A stretch of 64,000 bases of DNA from Coleofasciculus chthonoplastes F2-STO-03 (GCA_040222015.1 JAVJWO010000176.1:1-64000); one strand, 5' to 3'. Shown: positions 10,447 to 20,992, numbered from the stretch's first letter. Made by a program: numbers and translations. The notes: generated by a model not told the origin, from the letters alone.

Positions 10447-10936
10447 TGAATTTAGAAAAGAAAGGATAACCGTTTCTTGGAATTTTAATTATTTGACAAT
10501 AATTAAATCTATTGGTGCTAGATAAAAGCCTTGATAGACAAGAGGTTCAGGTATTATTGTCACCCCGTCAGCATCCAAATGCTTCACCCTATTCACCCTA
10601 TAAGCAATATCACTTGAACAAGGTTTCGACATTTGGCATTGTCCTAATCGCCCTGGTGGCTGCTATACTTTAAAAACAAGAAGAATTAGACACTTATTTT
10701 GAGCAATTTACTCAACTCTGGGTCCAAAAAGAAGAATGGGCTATTTTGTCATAGTCTAAACTCCAGTTAGAATAACCAACGCACTTGTTTAGCCGAAAAT
10801 ACTTGAAACCCTTGTCTGGTATAGCTTCTAAATTCATTCAGTCCGCCCTAAGTAGAGGCAGGAATAGGAAATTAGTGATAAAGTTTTCTCAAAACCCAAC
10901 CCGCCTAAGTGAGAGAGTGTTCAGTTTTGAGTGACT

Positions 10937-12340
10937 ATGACTGATAAATCAGGTGCCAGATATCGAATCGAACATGATTCTATGGGGGAACGCGAAATCC
11001 CCAACCATGCCTACTATGGGATTCAAACCCTAAGGGCAATTGAAAACTTTCCCATCAGCGGGATTAAACCCTTACCTACCTATATAGACGCCTGTGTACT
11101 GATAAAAAAAGCCACCGCGATCGCGAATGGTAATCTAGGCTGTATTCCCCAAGATATTAGCCAAGGGATTATCCAAGCGGCTGATGAAGTTCTCAAAGGA
11201 CAATGGCGGGATCAATTTGTCGTCGATGTTTACCAAGCGGGCGCTGGCACATCCCACCACATGAATATTAATGAGGTGTTGGCAAATCGGGCATTGGAAA
11301 TCCTGGGCGATGAGAAGGGGAACTATAAACGGGTTAGCCCCAATGATCACGTCAATTATGGACAATCCACGAATGATGTCATCCCCACAGCGATTAGAAT
11401 CGGGGCGCTGTTGGCTTTAGAACATACTTTGTATCCAGCCCTATCTGATGCGATTACCGCCCTGGATAACAAAGGGGATGAATTCCAAGATGTAGTTAAA
11501 TCCGGCAGAACCCATCTCCAAGACGCCGTACCGGTGCGCCTAGGGGAAGACTTTCGGGCGTGGGCGCAAATTCTCACGGATCATACCACTCGGATTGAAC
11601 GAGCCTCAGAAGATTTAATGGTACTGGGATTAGGGGGAAGTGCAGCGGGAACGGGATTAAACACCCATCCCGACTATCGCCATCAGGTTGCCCAAATTCT
11701 TGCCCAACTGGTGGATCAACCCCTCAAATCTGCCCCCCATCTCATGGCAGCGATGCAGAGTATGGCACCATTTGTTAATGTATCGGGTAGTTTACGGAAT
11801 TTAGCACAGGATTTGGTGAAAATTTCCCATGATTTGCGGCTCATGGATTCGGGACCCAAAACCGGATTCAAGGAAATTCAGCTTCCCCCCGTGCAACCGG
11901 GATCATCGATTATGCCGGGAAAATATAACCCGGTGATGGCGGAAATGACCTCTATGGTATGCTTTCAGGTGATGGGGTATGACAGCGCGATCGCCTTGGC
12001 GGCTCAAGCGGGTCAATTGGAGTTGAATGTGATGATGCCGTTGATTGCCTATAATCTGATTCACAGTATTGAAATTCTCGGCAATACCCTATCTGCCCTA
12101 ACCCAAAAATGTCTAGCCGGAATCACAGCCCGACGCGATCGCTGTTTGGACTATGCCGAAGGGAGTCTAGCATTAGTCACCGCCCTGAATCCCCACATCG
12201 GTTATCTCAACGCGGCGGCTGTCGCCAAGGAATCTCTGGAAACAGGCAAATCTCTACGACAAATCGTACTCGACAAAGGATTGATGAGTGCTGAAGACTT
12301 AGCTAAGGTACTCGATCTTGATAAAATGAGTGCCTTATGA
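10937..12340 (+). CDS. aspA: Aspartate ammonia-lyase (fumarase/aspartase superfamily)
   Basis: YYGIQTLRAIENF, QAGAGTSHHMN, GSSIMPGKYNP signature. Confidence 0.85.
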   Translation: MTDKSGARYRIEHDSMGEREIPNHAYYGIQTLRAIENFPISGIKPLPTYIDACVLIKKATAIANGNLGCIPQDISQGIIQAADEVLKGQWRDQFVVDVYQAGAGTSHHMNINEVLANRALEILGDEKGNYKRVSPNDHVNYGQSTNDVIPTAIRIGALLALEHTLYPALSDAITALDNKGDEFQDVVKSGRTHLQDAVPVRLGEDFRAWAQILTDHTTRIERASEDLMVLGLGGSAAGTGLNTHPDYRHQVAQILAQLVDQPLKSAPHLMAAMQSMAPFVNVSGSLRNLAQDLVKISHDLRLMDSGPKTGFKEIQLPPVQPGSSIMPGKYNPVMAEMTSMVCFQVMGYDSAIALAAQAGQLELNVMMPLIAYNLIHSIEILGNTLSALTQKCLAGITARRDRCLDYAEGSLALVTALNPHIGYLNAAAVAKESLETGKSLRQIVLDKGLMSAEDLAKVLDLDKMSAL

Positions 12341-12382
12341 ATTCCCTATTTGAGTTTTGAATTAACCAACAACTCCCCCATC

Positions 12383-12408
12383 TCCCTGTTCCCTGTTCCC
12401 TGTTCCCT
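12383..12408. repeat. Heptamer tandem repeat (CCCTGTT)n
   Basis: About 3.5 copies. Confidence 0.85.
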
Positions 12409-12423
12409 GAACAATGACCAACC

Positions 12424-12705
12424 ATGCAAAGTCAAGATAGTTTTACCCAAATCACCTTTCATTACATCAATGGCGAAACCGAATCCTTTGATATTCCGGT
12501 GACACCAGAAGCCTTTAGCGAACAACTTGTTGATTTTCTCAGTCAACCGTGGTTAATCCTGCATCTGTTTGATCAAACGGTGATCATCCTGACATCTCAA
12601 GTTGTCAAAGTCGAAGTGACACCCCAGCTTACTCAACTGGAAGGGGATGGGGTTTTCTTTGATTGTCAACGAGTCACGGCTCTGTCCCGTGGCGCGAAGG
12701 TCTAA
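12424..12705 (+). CDS. Hypothetical protein
   Basis: 93-aa ORF co-oriented between aspA and DUF362 gene. Confidence 0.65.
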   Translation: MQSQDSFTQITFHYINGETESFDIPVTPEAFSEQLVDFLSQPWLILHLFDQTVIILTSQVVKVEVTPQLTQLEGDGVFFDCQRVTALSRGAKV

Positions 12706-12733
12706 GATAAACTAAAGCTATTTCACGACACTT

Positions 12734-13693
12734 ATGTCTAGCGTTAGTTTAATTCGGGCAGAGTCCTATAACCAACAGCCATTGAGAACAGCCGTAGAAA
12801 CCTTGCTGGAACCATTGGGCGGGATTAGGGCATTTGTCAAATCAGGCGATCGCGTCCTTCTCAAGCCTAATCTGCTGACGGCTGGACGTCCGGGAAAGGA
12901 CTGTATTACTCGCCCTGAACTGGTTTACACCGTCGCCCAGTTGGTCAAGGAAGCGGGGGGGCAACCGTTTCTCGGTGATAGTCCCGCCTTTGGTACAGCA
13001 AAAGGGGTGGCGCAGGCGAATGGCTATGGCCCGATGATGGACCAACTGAATATCCCCATTGTCGAATTCCATGGTCAGCGTTATCAAACGGTTAGCCATA
13101 CCTTTAATCACCTGCGCCTGTGCAAAGAAGCGATGGATGCGGATGTGGTGATTAATTTACCCAAGCTGAAGTCTCACACCCAGTTAACCCTGACTCTGGG
13201 GGTTAAGAATTTATTTGGCTGTGTCCCTGGTAAAATGAAAGCCTGGTGGCACGCAGAAGCGGGTAAGGATGCCTTGCGATTTGGAGAAATGTTAGTGGAA
13301 ACGGCGCGGACAATTGATCCCAGCTTGACGATTCTGGATGCGATCGTCGCTCATGAGGGCAATGGTCCGAGTGGGGGAGAACCCCGACGCTTGGATATCC
13401 TAGCGGCGTCGGCGGATGTATTTGCTTTGGATTGTGCGATCGCGAATTTACTCAATGTCGATCCGACTCAAGTCCCCACTCTAGCCGCCGCGATGAACTT
13501 AGGGTTAAATCCAACTCTGGACACTTTAGATTTTCCTCACCTGCACCCCGCCGATATCAATGTACTCGATTGGAAGCTACCGGATCGGTTAATGCCGATT
13601 GATTTTGGAATGCCCCGCCTGATTCGCTCTACATTTAAGCATTTTTACATCCGGTGGATCAAAGAGCCTATGGGTGTGTATGCTCATCGCTAA
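12734..13693 (+). CDS. DUF362 family protein
   Basis: VLLKPNL, VINLPKLKSH, LGVKNLFG, HEGNGPSGG motifs. Confidence 0.9.
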   Translation: MSSVSLIRAESYNQQPLRTAVETLLEPLGGIRAFVKSGDRVLLKPNLLTAGRPGKDCITRPELVYTVAQLVKEAGGQPFLGDSPAFGTAKGVAQANGYGPMMDQLNIPIVEFHGQRYQTVSHTFNHLRLCKEAMDADVVINLPKLKSHTQLTLTLGVKNLFGCVPGKMKAWWHAEAGKDALRFGEMLVETARTIDPSLTILDAIVAHEGNGPSGGEPRRLDILAASADVFALDCAIANLLNVDPTQVPTLAAAMNLGLNPTLDTLDFPHLHPADINVLDWKLPDRLMPIDFGMPRLIRSTFKHFYIRWIKEPMGVYAHR

Positions 13694-13758
13694 TGTGATA
13701 ATTGTTGTATCATTTTTGAGCAAAATTTAACAGTTAAAACTCAAAAAGGAATTATTTG

Positions 13759-13801
13759 GTAAACATTGTTACAGTCTCCCAATAAGGAAGGAACGTAATC
13801 T
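13759..13801 (+). promoter_or_regulatory. NtcA-activated promoter
   Basis: GTA-AACATTGT-TAC (13759-13772), 23 nt, then TAATCT -10 (13796-13801). Confidence 0.75.
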
Positions 13802-13807
13802 ACTACT

Positions 13808-13856
13808 ACCCTCCGATTGCTTAATTCCACCGCCTAGTGTTAGAGGCGGTTTTTTG
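13808..13856 (+). ncRNA. nsiR4: Probable NsiR4 small RNA (short form)
   Basis: ACCCTCCGATTGC motif recalled from NsiR4, NtcA promoter upstream, terminator downstream. Confidence 0.7.
13829..13856 (+). terminator. Rho-independent terminator
   Basis: ACCGCCT-N8-AGGCGGT followed by T run. Confidence 0.8.
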
Positions 13857-14184
13857 TATTGGTCTGACTGGAATTAGAATAGATTAGGTGTTTACTGTTA
13901 GGGTTTGACTAAGGCTCTTCCTTGTCTCCTTTCTAAGAGAGGGTCAAAAACTTCTGCGAGGATGCACTAGGACTCACGTCAATCTGTCTCGTCAATCTGT
14001 CTAAGGTCAGTTGTTTGGGGAAAACAGATGTCCTAAGTAGTAAAATGTCAGGTTTTATGCGAATTGTTGACTAGAAAACAATTATTGCGAAAAAACTTGT
14101 TAAAATAGACACCATGGGGTTGATAGTTTACCCCATTTTCAGATCAATTATAAATTGACTCAAGTTCTGATCAAAACCTCATTT

Positions 14185-14388
14185 ATGGAATCAAGCGGCT
14201 CGTCTGCCAACTCTTCTGAACCCCATCCTCATAGGTGGGCAGAAATTATAGGTGCGGTAATGGCTTTTTTAACTCTGACCTTACCTTTCTTAGCCATTGC
14301 TTATTACTCGTCTGGCAGCTTAGATGTTTTGCCGACAGCCCCCTACTCACTGCCAAGGTCAGAAATAAACAATTGGCAAAATTATTAA
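14185..14388 (+). CDS. Small hypothetical membrane protein
   Basis: Single hydrophobic segment IIGAVMAFLTLTLPFLAIAYYS. Confidence 0.6.
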   Translation: MESSGSSANSSEPHPHRWAEIIGAVMAFLTLTLPFLAIAYYSSGSLDVLPTAPYSLPRSEINNWQNY

Positions 14389-14569
14389 ATAACAAGATAA
14401 CGATGAAATAATTAATAAAGTCTTAATCTAATCGAGAGTCTTTTGGCTGGTACAAAATCCGATGATGTCACCCCCGTTTAAACTGGGGTACTTTTTCCTT
14501 CTACCCCATCTGCCCTAGATGATGTAGGCATGGACTCAGAGCCAATGAGAGCCAATTTAATTAGGCTGT

Positions 14570-14600
14570 TCCCCCTGCCTTAAGGCAGGGGAAGATGTCA
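14570..14600 (+). mobile_element. Possible IS200/IS605-family right-end remnant
   Basis: TCCCCCTGCCTTAAGGCAGGGGAAGATGTCA hairpin plus GATGTCA tail. Confidence 0.4.
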
Positions 14601-14694
14601 GCAAAGTTGTATAACAGAAAAGGCAGTGTGGGGAAACGCCACCCTTGGATAGTTAGGTGATCCCCATCTGCTGTGTCGCTTACACGATTTAGTC

Positions 14695-15216
14695 ATGGAT
14701 TTATCACGCATTCCAAGTCAACCCAAACCGGGACTGATCAACGTTTTAATTGAAATTCCAGCCGGGAGTAAAAACAAGTACGAGTACGACAAAGATTTAC
14801 AGGCTTTTGCCCTTGATCGAGTCTTATATTCCTCGGTGCAATATCCTTATGATTACGGCTTTATCCCAAACACCTTAGCCGATGACGGTGACCCCCTTGA
14901 TGGTATGGTGATGATGGATCAGCCAACCTTTCCGGGTTGTGTCATTACTGCCCGCCCCATTGGTATGCTGGAGATGATTGACTCGGGCGATCGCGACGAG
15001 AAAATCCTCTGTGTTCCTGACAAAGATCCACGCTATGCTCAAGTGAAATCGCTCAAAGATGTTGCCGAGCATCGGTTGGATGAAATTGCTGAATTTTTCA
15101 AGACTTACAAAAATCTGGAGAAAAAAGTCACGGAAATTCTAGGCTGGAAGGATATCAAGGAGGTTATGCCACTGGTTGAGAAGTGTATCGCCGCCGGGAA
15201 CAAGGGTGGCAAATAG
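14695..15216 (+). CDS. ppa: Inorganic pyrophosphatase
   Basis: [27 protein letters not shown] motifs. Confidence 0.96.
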   Translation: MDLSRIPSQPKPGLINVLIEIPAGSKNKYEYDKDLQAFALDRVLYSSVQYPYDYGFIPNTLADDGDPLDGMVMMDQPTFPGCVITARPIGMLEMIDSGDRDEKILCVPDKDPRYAQVKSLKDVAEHRLDEIAEFFKTYKNLEKKVTEILGWKDIKEVMPLVEKCIAAGNKGGK

Positions 15217-15599
15217 TCCAGTAGCCTAAGTAGGGGTTCCAAACCCCTACAGTACCCTCATAAGACAGGTGAGAACGCAACTTGGTATAAGCTCATCGCC
15301 GCTTTTTGTGACAGAACTCACAAGTCAAGTCCACCAAGCACGCTAAAATTAACAGACTTGAGAGAAACTTCCTGATCAGAATCAGGGTGCTAGAAAATTC
15401 AACCTAGGGGAAAGCTATAAATTCATCGTTGTTTTTGTACGAGCTCTCCCAACCAAATTTCCTTTAAAAATACGTAATTTGCCCCCTTGGACACAAAAGC
15501 CTTAGCGACTCTCTCACCGAAAGTACTCTTATCTGAGTATCATATAGTGGAAATTGCTTGGTGTGAAGCTTGGCTAAGGGCAGCTCACTTAATTGAACG

Positions 15600-16508
15600 A
15601 TGCCAGATTCTGCTCCAGCGTCACCCAGTCCCCGCACATCTAATGTTATAGCCAACATGGTAACTGGCCCTACCGTCAATTTTGTAGTCCAATTTTGGGG
15701 CGTCCGAGGTAAAGTTTCGGCTCCAGGAAAAGAAACGGTACGCTATGGTGGCAATACCTCCTGTGTGGAAATGCGTGTCGGTTCCAAACGCCTCATTTTT
15801 GATGGGGGGAGTGGTTTGCGACCTCTCGGCAACCATTTACTCCGCCAAATGCCCCTAGAAGCTTACCTGTTCTTCACTCACTGCCACTGGGACAGCATTC
15901 AGGGATTTCCTTTTTTTACACCTGCCTTTATCCCCGGCAATTGTTTCCACATCTATGGTGCTAAAGCAACAAACGGAGATTCCATCGAAAAGCGCCTAGG
16001 GCGGCAAATGTTAGCACCTAATTTTCCCGTGCCACTGCAGGTCATGCAATCGGAGCTAAAATTTTACGAACTGGGTTCGGGTGATAAAATCACTGTAGAT
16101 GATCTAGTCGTTGAAACCGTTTTACTCAACGCTGCCTCCCATTCAATGGGCTACCGAATCACTTGGAATAGTCATTCCGTCGTCTATGCGATCGCTTACT
16201 CCCAATCACCCGATCAGCTGGATCAAAATTTGTTGCACTTAGCCCGCCATGCTGACTTGCTCATTTTGGATGCTCCCTGTAATATTCGTGCAAATGATTC
16301 TCTAAAACCTTCCCCTTTAGACTGGCAAGACCAACTCTGGCAAACCGGTTTAGCTACAGCTAAAGCCGCAGGAGTTAAACGAATTGTGATGTCTCATTAC
16401 CATCCTGACCATGATGATGAATTTCTTGAATGGATGGAATCCCAAGTGAAATCGGTCTTTCCTAATGACGTACTGGCTCGTGAGGGTATGGTTATACCAA
16501 TCTGTTAA
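15600..16508 (+). CDS. MBL-fold metallo-hydrolase-like protein
   Basis: FWGVRG, YGGNTSC, THCHWD, HYHPDHDD motifs. Confidence 0.85.
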   Translation: MPDSAPASPSPRTSNVIANMVTGPTVNFVVQFWGVRGKVSAPGKETVRYGGNTSCVEMRVGSKRLIFDGGSGLRPLGNHLLRQMPLEAYLFFTHCHWDSIQGFPFFTPAFIPGNCFHIYGAKATNGDSIEKRLGRQMLAPNFPVPLQVMQSELKFYELGSGDKITVDDLVVETVLLNAASHSMGYRITWNSHSVVYAIAYSQSPDQLDQNLLHLARHADLLILDAPCNIRANDSLKPSPLDWQDQLWQTGLATAKAAGVKRIVMSHYHPDHDDEFLEWMESQVKSVFPNDVLAREGMVIPIC

Positions 16509-16864
16509 TCAGAGACGTTTTGACACTTTAAGTAAAATAATTTATATTAACATAATTCATTAGTATTTGAGCCAAGAAAAACTCAATCAAATACCTCATT
16601 GGGGTTATTCCCAAACGAAAAAAGAAAATTAAAGCGCACTGACCCTATTGGCAGGTCACGGAATCGGTGTAAGAATCAAGCGATTCATCACATCAGGGGC
16701 TTAAAGTGCAGTGGGCATGAAAATACTTGAGCAGCTTCGTAGATACGATGAAGCCGAGGGAGCTGAGGAAACTGGGAAGATATTATTAAGCTTTAAATGA
16801 CGAACAGCTTATCGATAATTGCTTGACCAAGTTCTTTGATAATTAGCCTCTTTATTTTTTACAA

Positions 16865-18982
16865 ATGAGCAAGATGATTGGTGTGAATTCCAACGGGCAA
16901 ATTATAGTCACTTCTATAGCAGCATTATGGGCGGCGTTCTGGCTAGCTCCCTCGGTAAACGCTCAAACTCTGCCTATCCCCACAAACAGTAAGTCCTCAG
17001 CCGATAAGTCTTTATCTCTCACAAAGGCAGAAGATTCCATCAAGGCAGAAGGTAGAGGACAGAGGGCAGGAGGTAAGCAGCAAGGTGGCAAAGTCGAAGG
17101 ACATGATAGACATGATAACTGTTTAGGCGGACATGAGATCACCCATTCAACACTCAGTCAGGGCGGGTTTTGCCCAAAGGTTACTATCCATAGCCAAAAG
17201 AAAGTTCCATTACCCCCCCCTACAAACCAGGTTCCCGATGCACCTAGGGTTGGGTCAACACTCAACACCCAACACTCAACATTCAACGCTCAAGTTCCCG
17301 ATCGCACCACTCCCCGTGACAGTCCCTCAATTCCAGAACTCCCTCCGCCTCAAGACATTGAGCCACCGCCTCCCTCAAGGCTGCCAGAAACTACGCCGTC
17401 TCCGACATTACCTCCCCCCGAACAGCTTCTAGACCCTGAATTAGCGCCAACAACGCCTGATGAGACACCTGAGACACCGGAGGGGGCGCAAATTACTGTA
17501 AAACAATTTGAATTCACAGGCAATACCGCCTTTAGTGATCAAGAGTTAGCCGAAGTAACCCAGGAGTTCACCAATCGCCCGATTACCTTTGCTGAACTCC
17601 TAAATGCCAGAACTACTGTCACCCAGTTGTACGTGGACAACGGCTATGCCACATCTGGTGCCTTTATTCCACCTCAACCCCTAACCCAAGACACCGTAAC
17701 CATTGAAATTATCGAAGGTGGACTCGAAGAGATTCAGGTGAATGGACTGCGCCGTCTGCGTCCCAACTATGTGCGATCGCGCATTGCCGTTGCTAATCCC
17801 AAACCCCTGAATGTACCGCATTTACTAGAATCCCTGCGTCTTTTGCAACTCGATCCCCTGATTGAAAATGTTTCGGCTGAACTCTCGACGGGTTCTGGAC
17901 CCGGTACAAGCTTATTAATTGTTGATGTTATTGAAGCCAACACCTGGAGTTATCAACTCATTGCCAACAATGGGCGTTCCCCCAGTGTGGGTAGTTTCCG
18001 GCGCGGGGCGTCTATCACCCAAGCCAATTTACTCGGATTCGGCGATGGCGTAACCCTCAGCTATACCAATACCGATGGTAGCGACGAGATTGAATTTAAC
18101 TACACCCTACCCGTTAATCCGCGTAATGGCGAGGTTAGCTTTAGCTTTAGCAACACCTCCAGCGAGATTATTGAAGATCCATTTAACTTTCTCGATATCC
18201 AATCTGACTCCACCAGTTTTGACCTCACCTTTCGTCAACCCCTCCTGGAAACGCCAACCCAGGAATTGGCAGTGGGTTTAACCGCGTCCCGACGCAATAC
18301 AAAAACCGTTTTCTTAGAAGAGTTGGTGGGAGAAGAAGTGGGTTTTCCCTCGCTGGGTGCTGATCAGGATGGAAGGATTCGGGTTTCAGCCCTACGATTC
18401 TTTCAAGAGTGGACTCAACGAGGGGCAAGTGAAGTCTTTGCCCTACGCTCTCAGTTTAATTTGGGTCTGGGTATCTTTGATGCCACGGTTAATGATGATG
18501 AGCCAGATAGTCGCTTCTTTTCCTGGCGGGGTCAAGCCCAGTGGGTGAGACTTTTAGCCCCGGATACATTACTGGTGCTTCGCGGTGATCTTCAACTGGC
18601 GGCTCAAGATTTGTTACCCGTTGAGCAGATTGGTTTAGGGGGGCTAGGGAGTGTGCGCGGCTATCGCCAAGATATTCGACTCACGGATAATGGAGCCTTT
18701 GCCTCGGCTGAGGTGCGGCTGCCCATTTTACGCATTCCTGAGTGGGATGGTATTTTACAGGTGATTCCCTTTGTGGATGTTGGCACAACCTGGAATAACG
18801 GCGAGATCGATGATCCTGACCCGAGTAGTTTGGCGGCTCTGGGGTTGGGACTACAATGGCAACAAGGCGATCGCATTACAGCTCGCTTAGATTGGGGGAT
18901 TCCTCTGATTTCAGTTGATTCTGAGGATGATACCTGGCAAGAAAATGGCGTATATTTTTCAATAACGATTAATCCGTTTTAA
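16865..18982 (+). CDS. ShlB/FhaC/HecB (TpsB) family outer-membrane protein
   Basis: POTRA region (FTGNTAFSDQEL, YVDNGYATSGA), SVRGYRQ loop, C-terminal Phe. Confidence 0.9.
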   Translation: MSKMIGVNSNGQIIVTSIAALWAAFWLAPSVNAQTLPIPTNSKSSADKSLSLTKAEDSIKAEGRGQRAGGKQQGGKVEGHDRHDNCLGGHEITHSTLSQGGFCPKVTIHSQKKVPLPPPTNQVPDAPRVGSTLNTQHSTFNAQVPDRTTPRDSPSIPELPPPQDIEPPPPSRLPETTPSPTLPPPEQLLDPELAPTTPDETPETPEGAQITVKQFEFTGNTAFSDQELAEVTQEFTNRPITFAELLNARTTVTQLYVDNGYATSGAFIPPQPLTQDTVTIEIIEGGLEEIQVNGLRRLRPNYVRSRIAVANPKPLNVPHLLESLRLLQLDPLIENVSAELSTGSGPGTSLLIVDVIEANTWSYQLIANNGRSPSVGSFRRGASITQANLLGFGDGVTLSYTNTDGSDEIEFNYTLPVNPRNGEVSFSFSNTSSEIIEDPFNFLDIQSDSTSFDLTFRQPLLETPTQELAVGLTASRRNTKTVFLEELVGEEVGFPSLGADQDGRIRVSALRFFQEWTQRGASEVFALRSQFNLGLGIFDATVNDDEPDSRFFSWRGQAQWVRLLAPDTLLVLRGDLQLAAQDLLPVEQIGLGGLGSVRGYRQDIRLTDNGAFASAEVRLPILRIPEWDGILQVIPFVDVGTTWNNGEIDDPDPSSLAALGLGLQWQQGDRITARLDWGIPLISVDSEDDTWQENGVYFSITINPF

Positions 18983-18998
18983 CTGAATTTTTATAGTA

Positions 18999-19835
18999 AT
19001 GATTGATCATCCTTTTATTATTTAAACCCAATTTCTAAAAGAACACCTCGATGATCCGCAAGTGGTCATCATTGATTGTCGTTTTGCCCTTGCTGATCCG
19101 CAACAGGGATATAAAGAGTATCAGGCGAGTCACATTCCGGGAGCGTATTACTTGGATTTGAACCAAGACCTTTCCGCCCCCGTGGAACGTCATGGAGGGC
19201 GTCATCCCTTACCTGATCCCAACCGAATTGCCGAAAAACTTGCCGCGATTGGGGTCAGATTCGGTGAAACTTTAGTCGTGGCTTATGATAATTCCCGTTT
19301 TGCGTTTGCGGCGCGTCTGTGGTGGTTACTGCGTTACCTGGGACACGATCGCGTGGCGGTACTGGATGGTGGCTGGGGCGCATGGCAATCTCAAGGGTAT
19401 CCGGTAACCGATGCGATACCGGCACATCAACCGGGGCAGTTTGTGCCGCAAGTGCGCTCTGACTGGGTGGTTGATATCAACGGGGTCAAAACCCGGAAAG
19501 ATTTACCTGACGTCGCTTTAGTCGATTCACGGGCACGCGATCGCTATTTAGGAGAGCATGAACCGATTGACCCGATTGCCGGTCATATTCCTGGGGCGAT
19601 TAATTACCCTTGGCAAGAGGTGACTAATGCTCAAAGTTATCTCCACTCCCCTGATCAGCAAAAACAGCGATGGCAGGATATCCAAGATAAATCAGACATC
19701 ATTGTCTATTGTGGCTCTGGAGTCACCGCCTGTGTGAATCTCTTATCCCTGGAATTAGCTGGAACAGGAATGGGTAAGCTTTATGCTGGAAGTTGGAGCG
19801 ACTGGTGTTCTTACTTAGCAGAAACTTCTGTGTGA
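18999..19835 (+). CDS. sseA: Rhodanese/SseA-type sulfurtransferase; in-frame TAA at codon 9 if the upstream ATG is used
   Basis: HIPGA, GRHPLP, YCGSGVTAC, YAGSWSDW; ATG 18999 in frame with GTG 19062. Confidence 0.85.
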
Positions 19836-19857
19836 GGTTTACTTTAACGCAACAGAG

Positions 19858-19914
19858 GTAGGTTGGGTTGAGGAACGAAACCCAACAGAATATAGGGCTA
19901 AGGTTCCCTTACTA
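19858..19914. repeat. Composite REP doublet
   Basis: Matches 1927-1983. Confidence 0.75.
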
Positions 19915-20114
19915 CGAAACCAAGCTAATCTACCAAATAAGGTGTGCCACGGTACTACGTTTCTACAAACACCAAGGTAGAGTTCCGTCTCTCGCCTAGA
20001 CGTGACTTTCCTTATACCCCACGGTAGAATTGTGCTTATATTCAGTATGTTTAGGAAAAAACATGTAATATTATCACACTTGTTGACTTAACTGCAAGCA
20101 AGCTTGCTGTTACT

Positions 20115-20166
20115 GGCGATTCATCCCCAACTAACTCTGATCGGGTATAGTTGGGGATGAATCGCC
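20115..20166. repeat. Perfect 19-bp inverted repeat with 14-nt loop
   Basis: GGCGATTCATCCCCAACTA / TAGTTGGGGATGAATCGCC. Confidence 0.9.
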
Positions 20167-20473
20167 GAATTCGATCAAGTACATCTACAGCTAATGGGTT
20201 GGTGTTATTCTCAACCCTGACAATAGCTTGAAGGTAGCGCCCTGTATACGTTCTATCGAGTCGCTAAGGTTTTCTCAACCAGAGAGAAATCTAGCAACAT
20301 GAGTTTCTTTGCCAGGAGATTGAACTTGGAGGTGAGAGAGTTAAGAAAATTTAGATAGCGCTAAAACGCTTAGGAATGACGCCGATAGACTAACTATCAG
20401 CCAATATTTAGATTAAAATTGCTAAAATAAGAAGTTGACTTAAATTCTCCAAAACTATTAGGTCTTAGTTTAT

Positions 20474-20992
20474 ATGCCTTGCTCGATGAACCGTATTTCT
20501 ATTTTTGTTGACGGGAACAATATGTTCTATGCTCAACAAAAAAATGGCTGGTTCTTTGATCCGAAGCGGGTCTTAGAACATTTTAGAAAAGAACCCCATA
20601 TTGTTCTGGTTAACGCATTTTGGTATACCGGATTAAAAGATCCTCAAGATCAGCGCGGATTTAGAGATGCCCTAATTAGCCTAGGTTACACCGTCCGAAC
20701 TAAAATTTTAAAAGAGTATTATGATGATAGTTCGGGTCGCTACTCCCAAAAAGCGAATCTTGATATAGAAATTGTTGTTGATATGTTTAATACTGTAGAA
20801 CAATATGACCGAGTTATTCTATTTAGTGGAGATGGTGATTTTGAACGGGCAATCGAATTGCTGCGTTCAAAGAATACTCATATTACCGTCGTATCAACGG
20901 AAGGAATGATTGCCCGAGAATTAAGAAATGCTACAGATCGGTATATCGATTTAAATGATATACGTGATTCTATCGAGAAAATGGATTCTTGA
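20474..20992 (+). CDS. labA: LabA-like NYN (DUF88) domain protein
   Basis: IFVDGNNMFY, KANLDIEIVVD, FSGDGDF motifs. Confidence 0.85.
   Translation: MPCSMNRISIFVDGNNMFYAQQKNGWFFDPKRVLEHFRKEPHIVLVNAFWYTGLKDPQDQRGFRDALISLGYTVRTKILKEYYDDSSGRYSQKANLDIEIVVDMFNTVEQYDRVILFSGDGDFERAIELLRSKNTHITVVSTEGMIARELRNATDRYIDLNDIRDSIEKMDS

Noticed and set aside
3827..19025. Stop-codon reassignment explaining the two in-frame stops
   Set aside because: They are different codons (TGA, TAA), both used as normal stops elsewhere in the window
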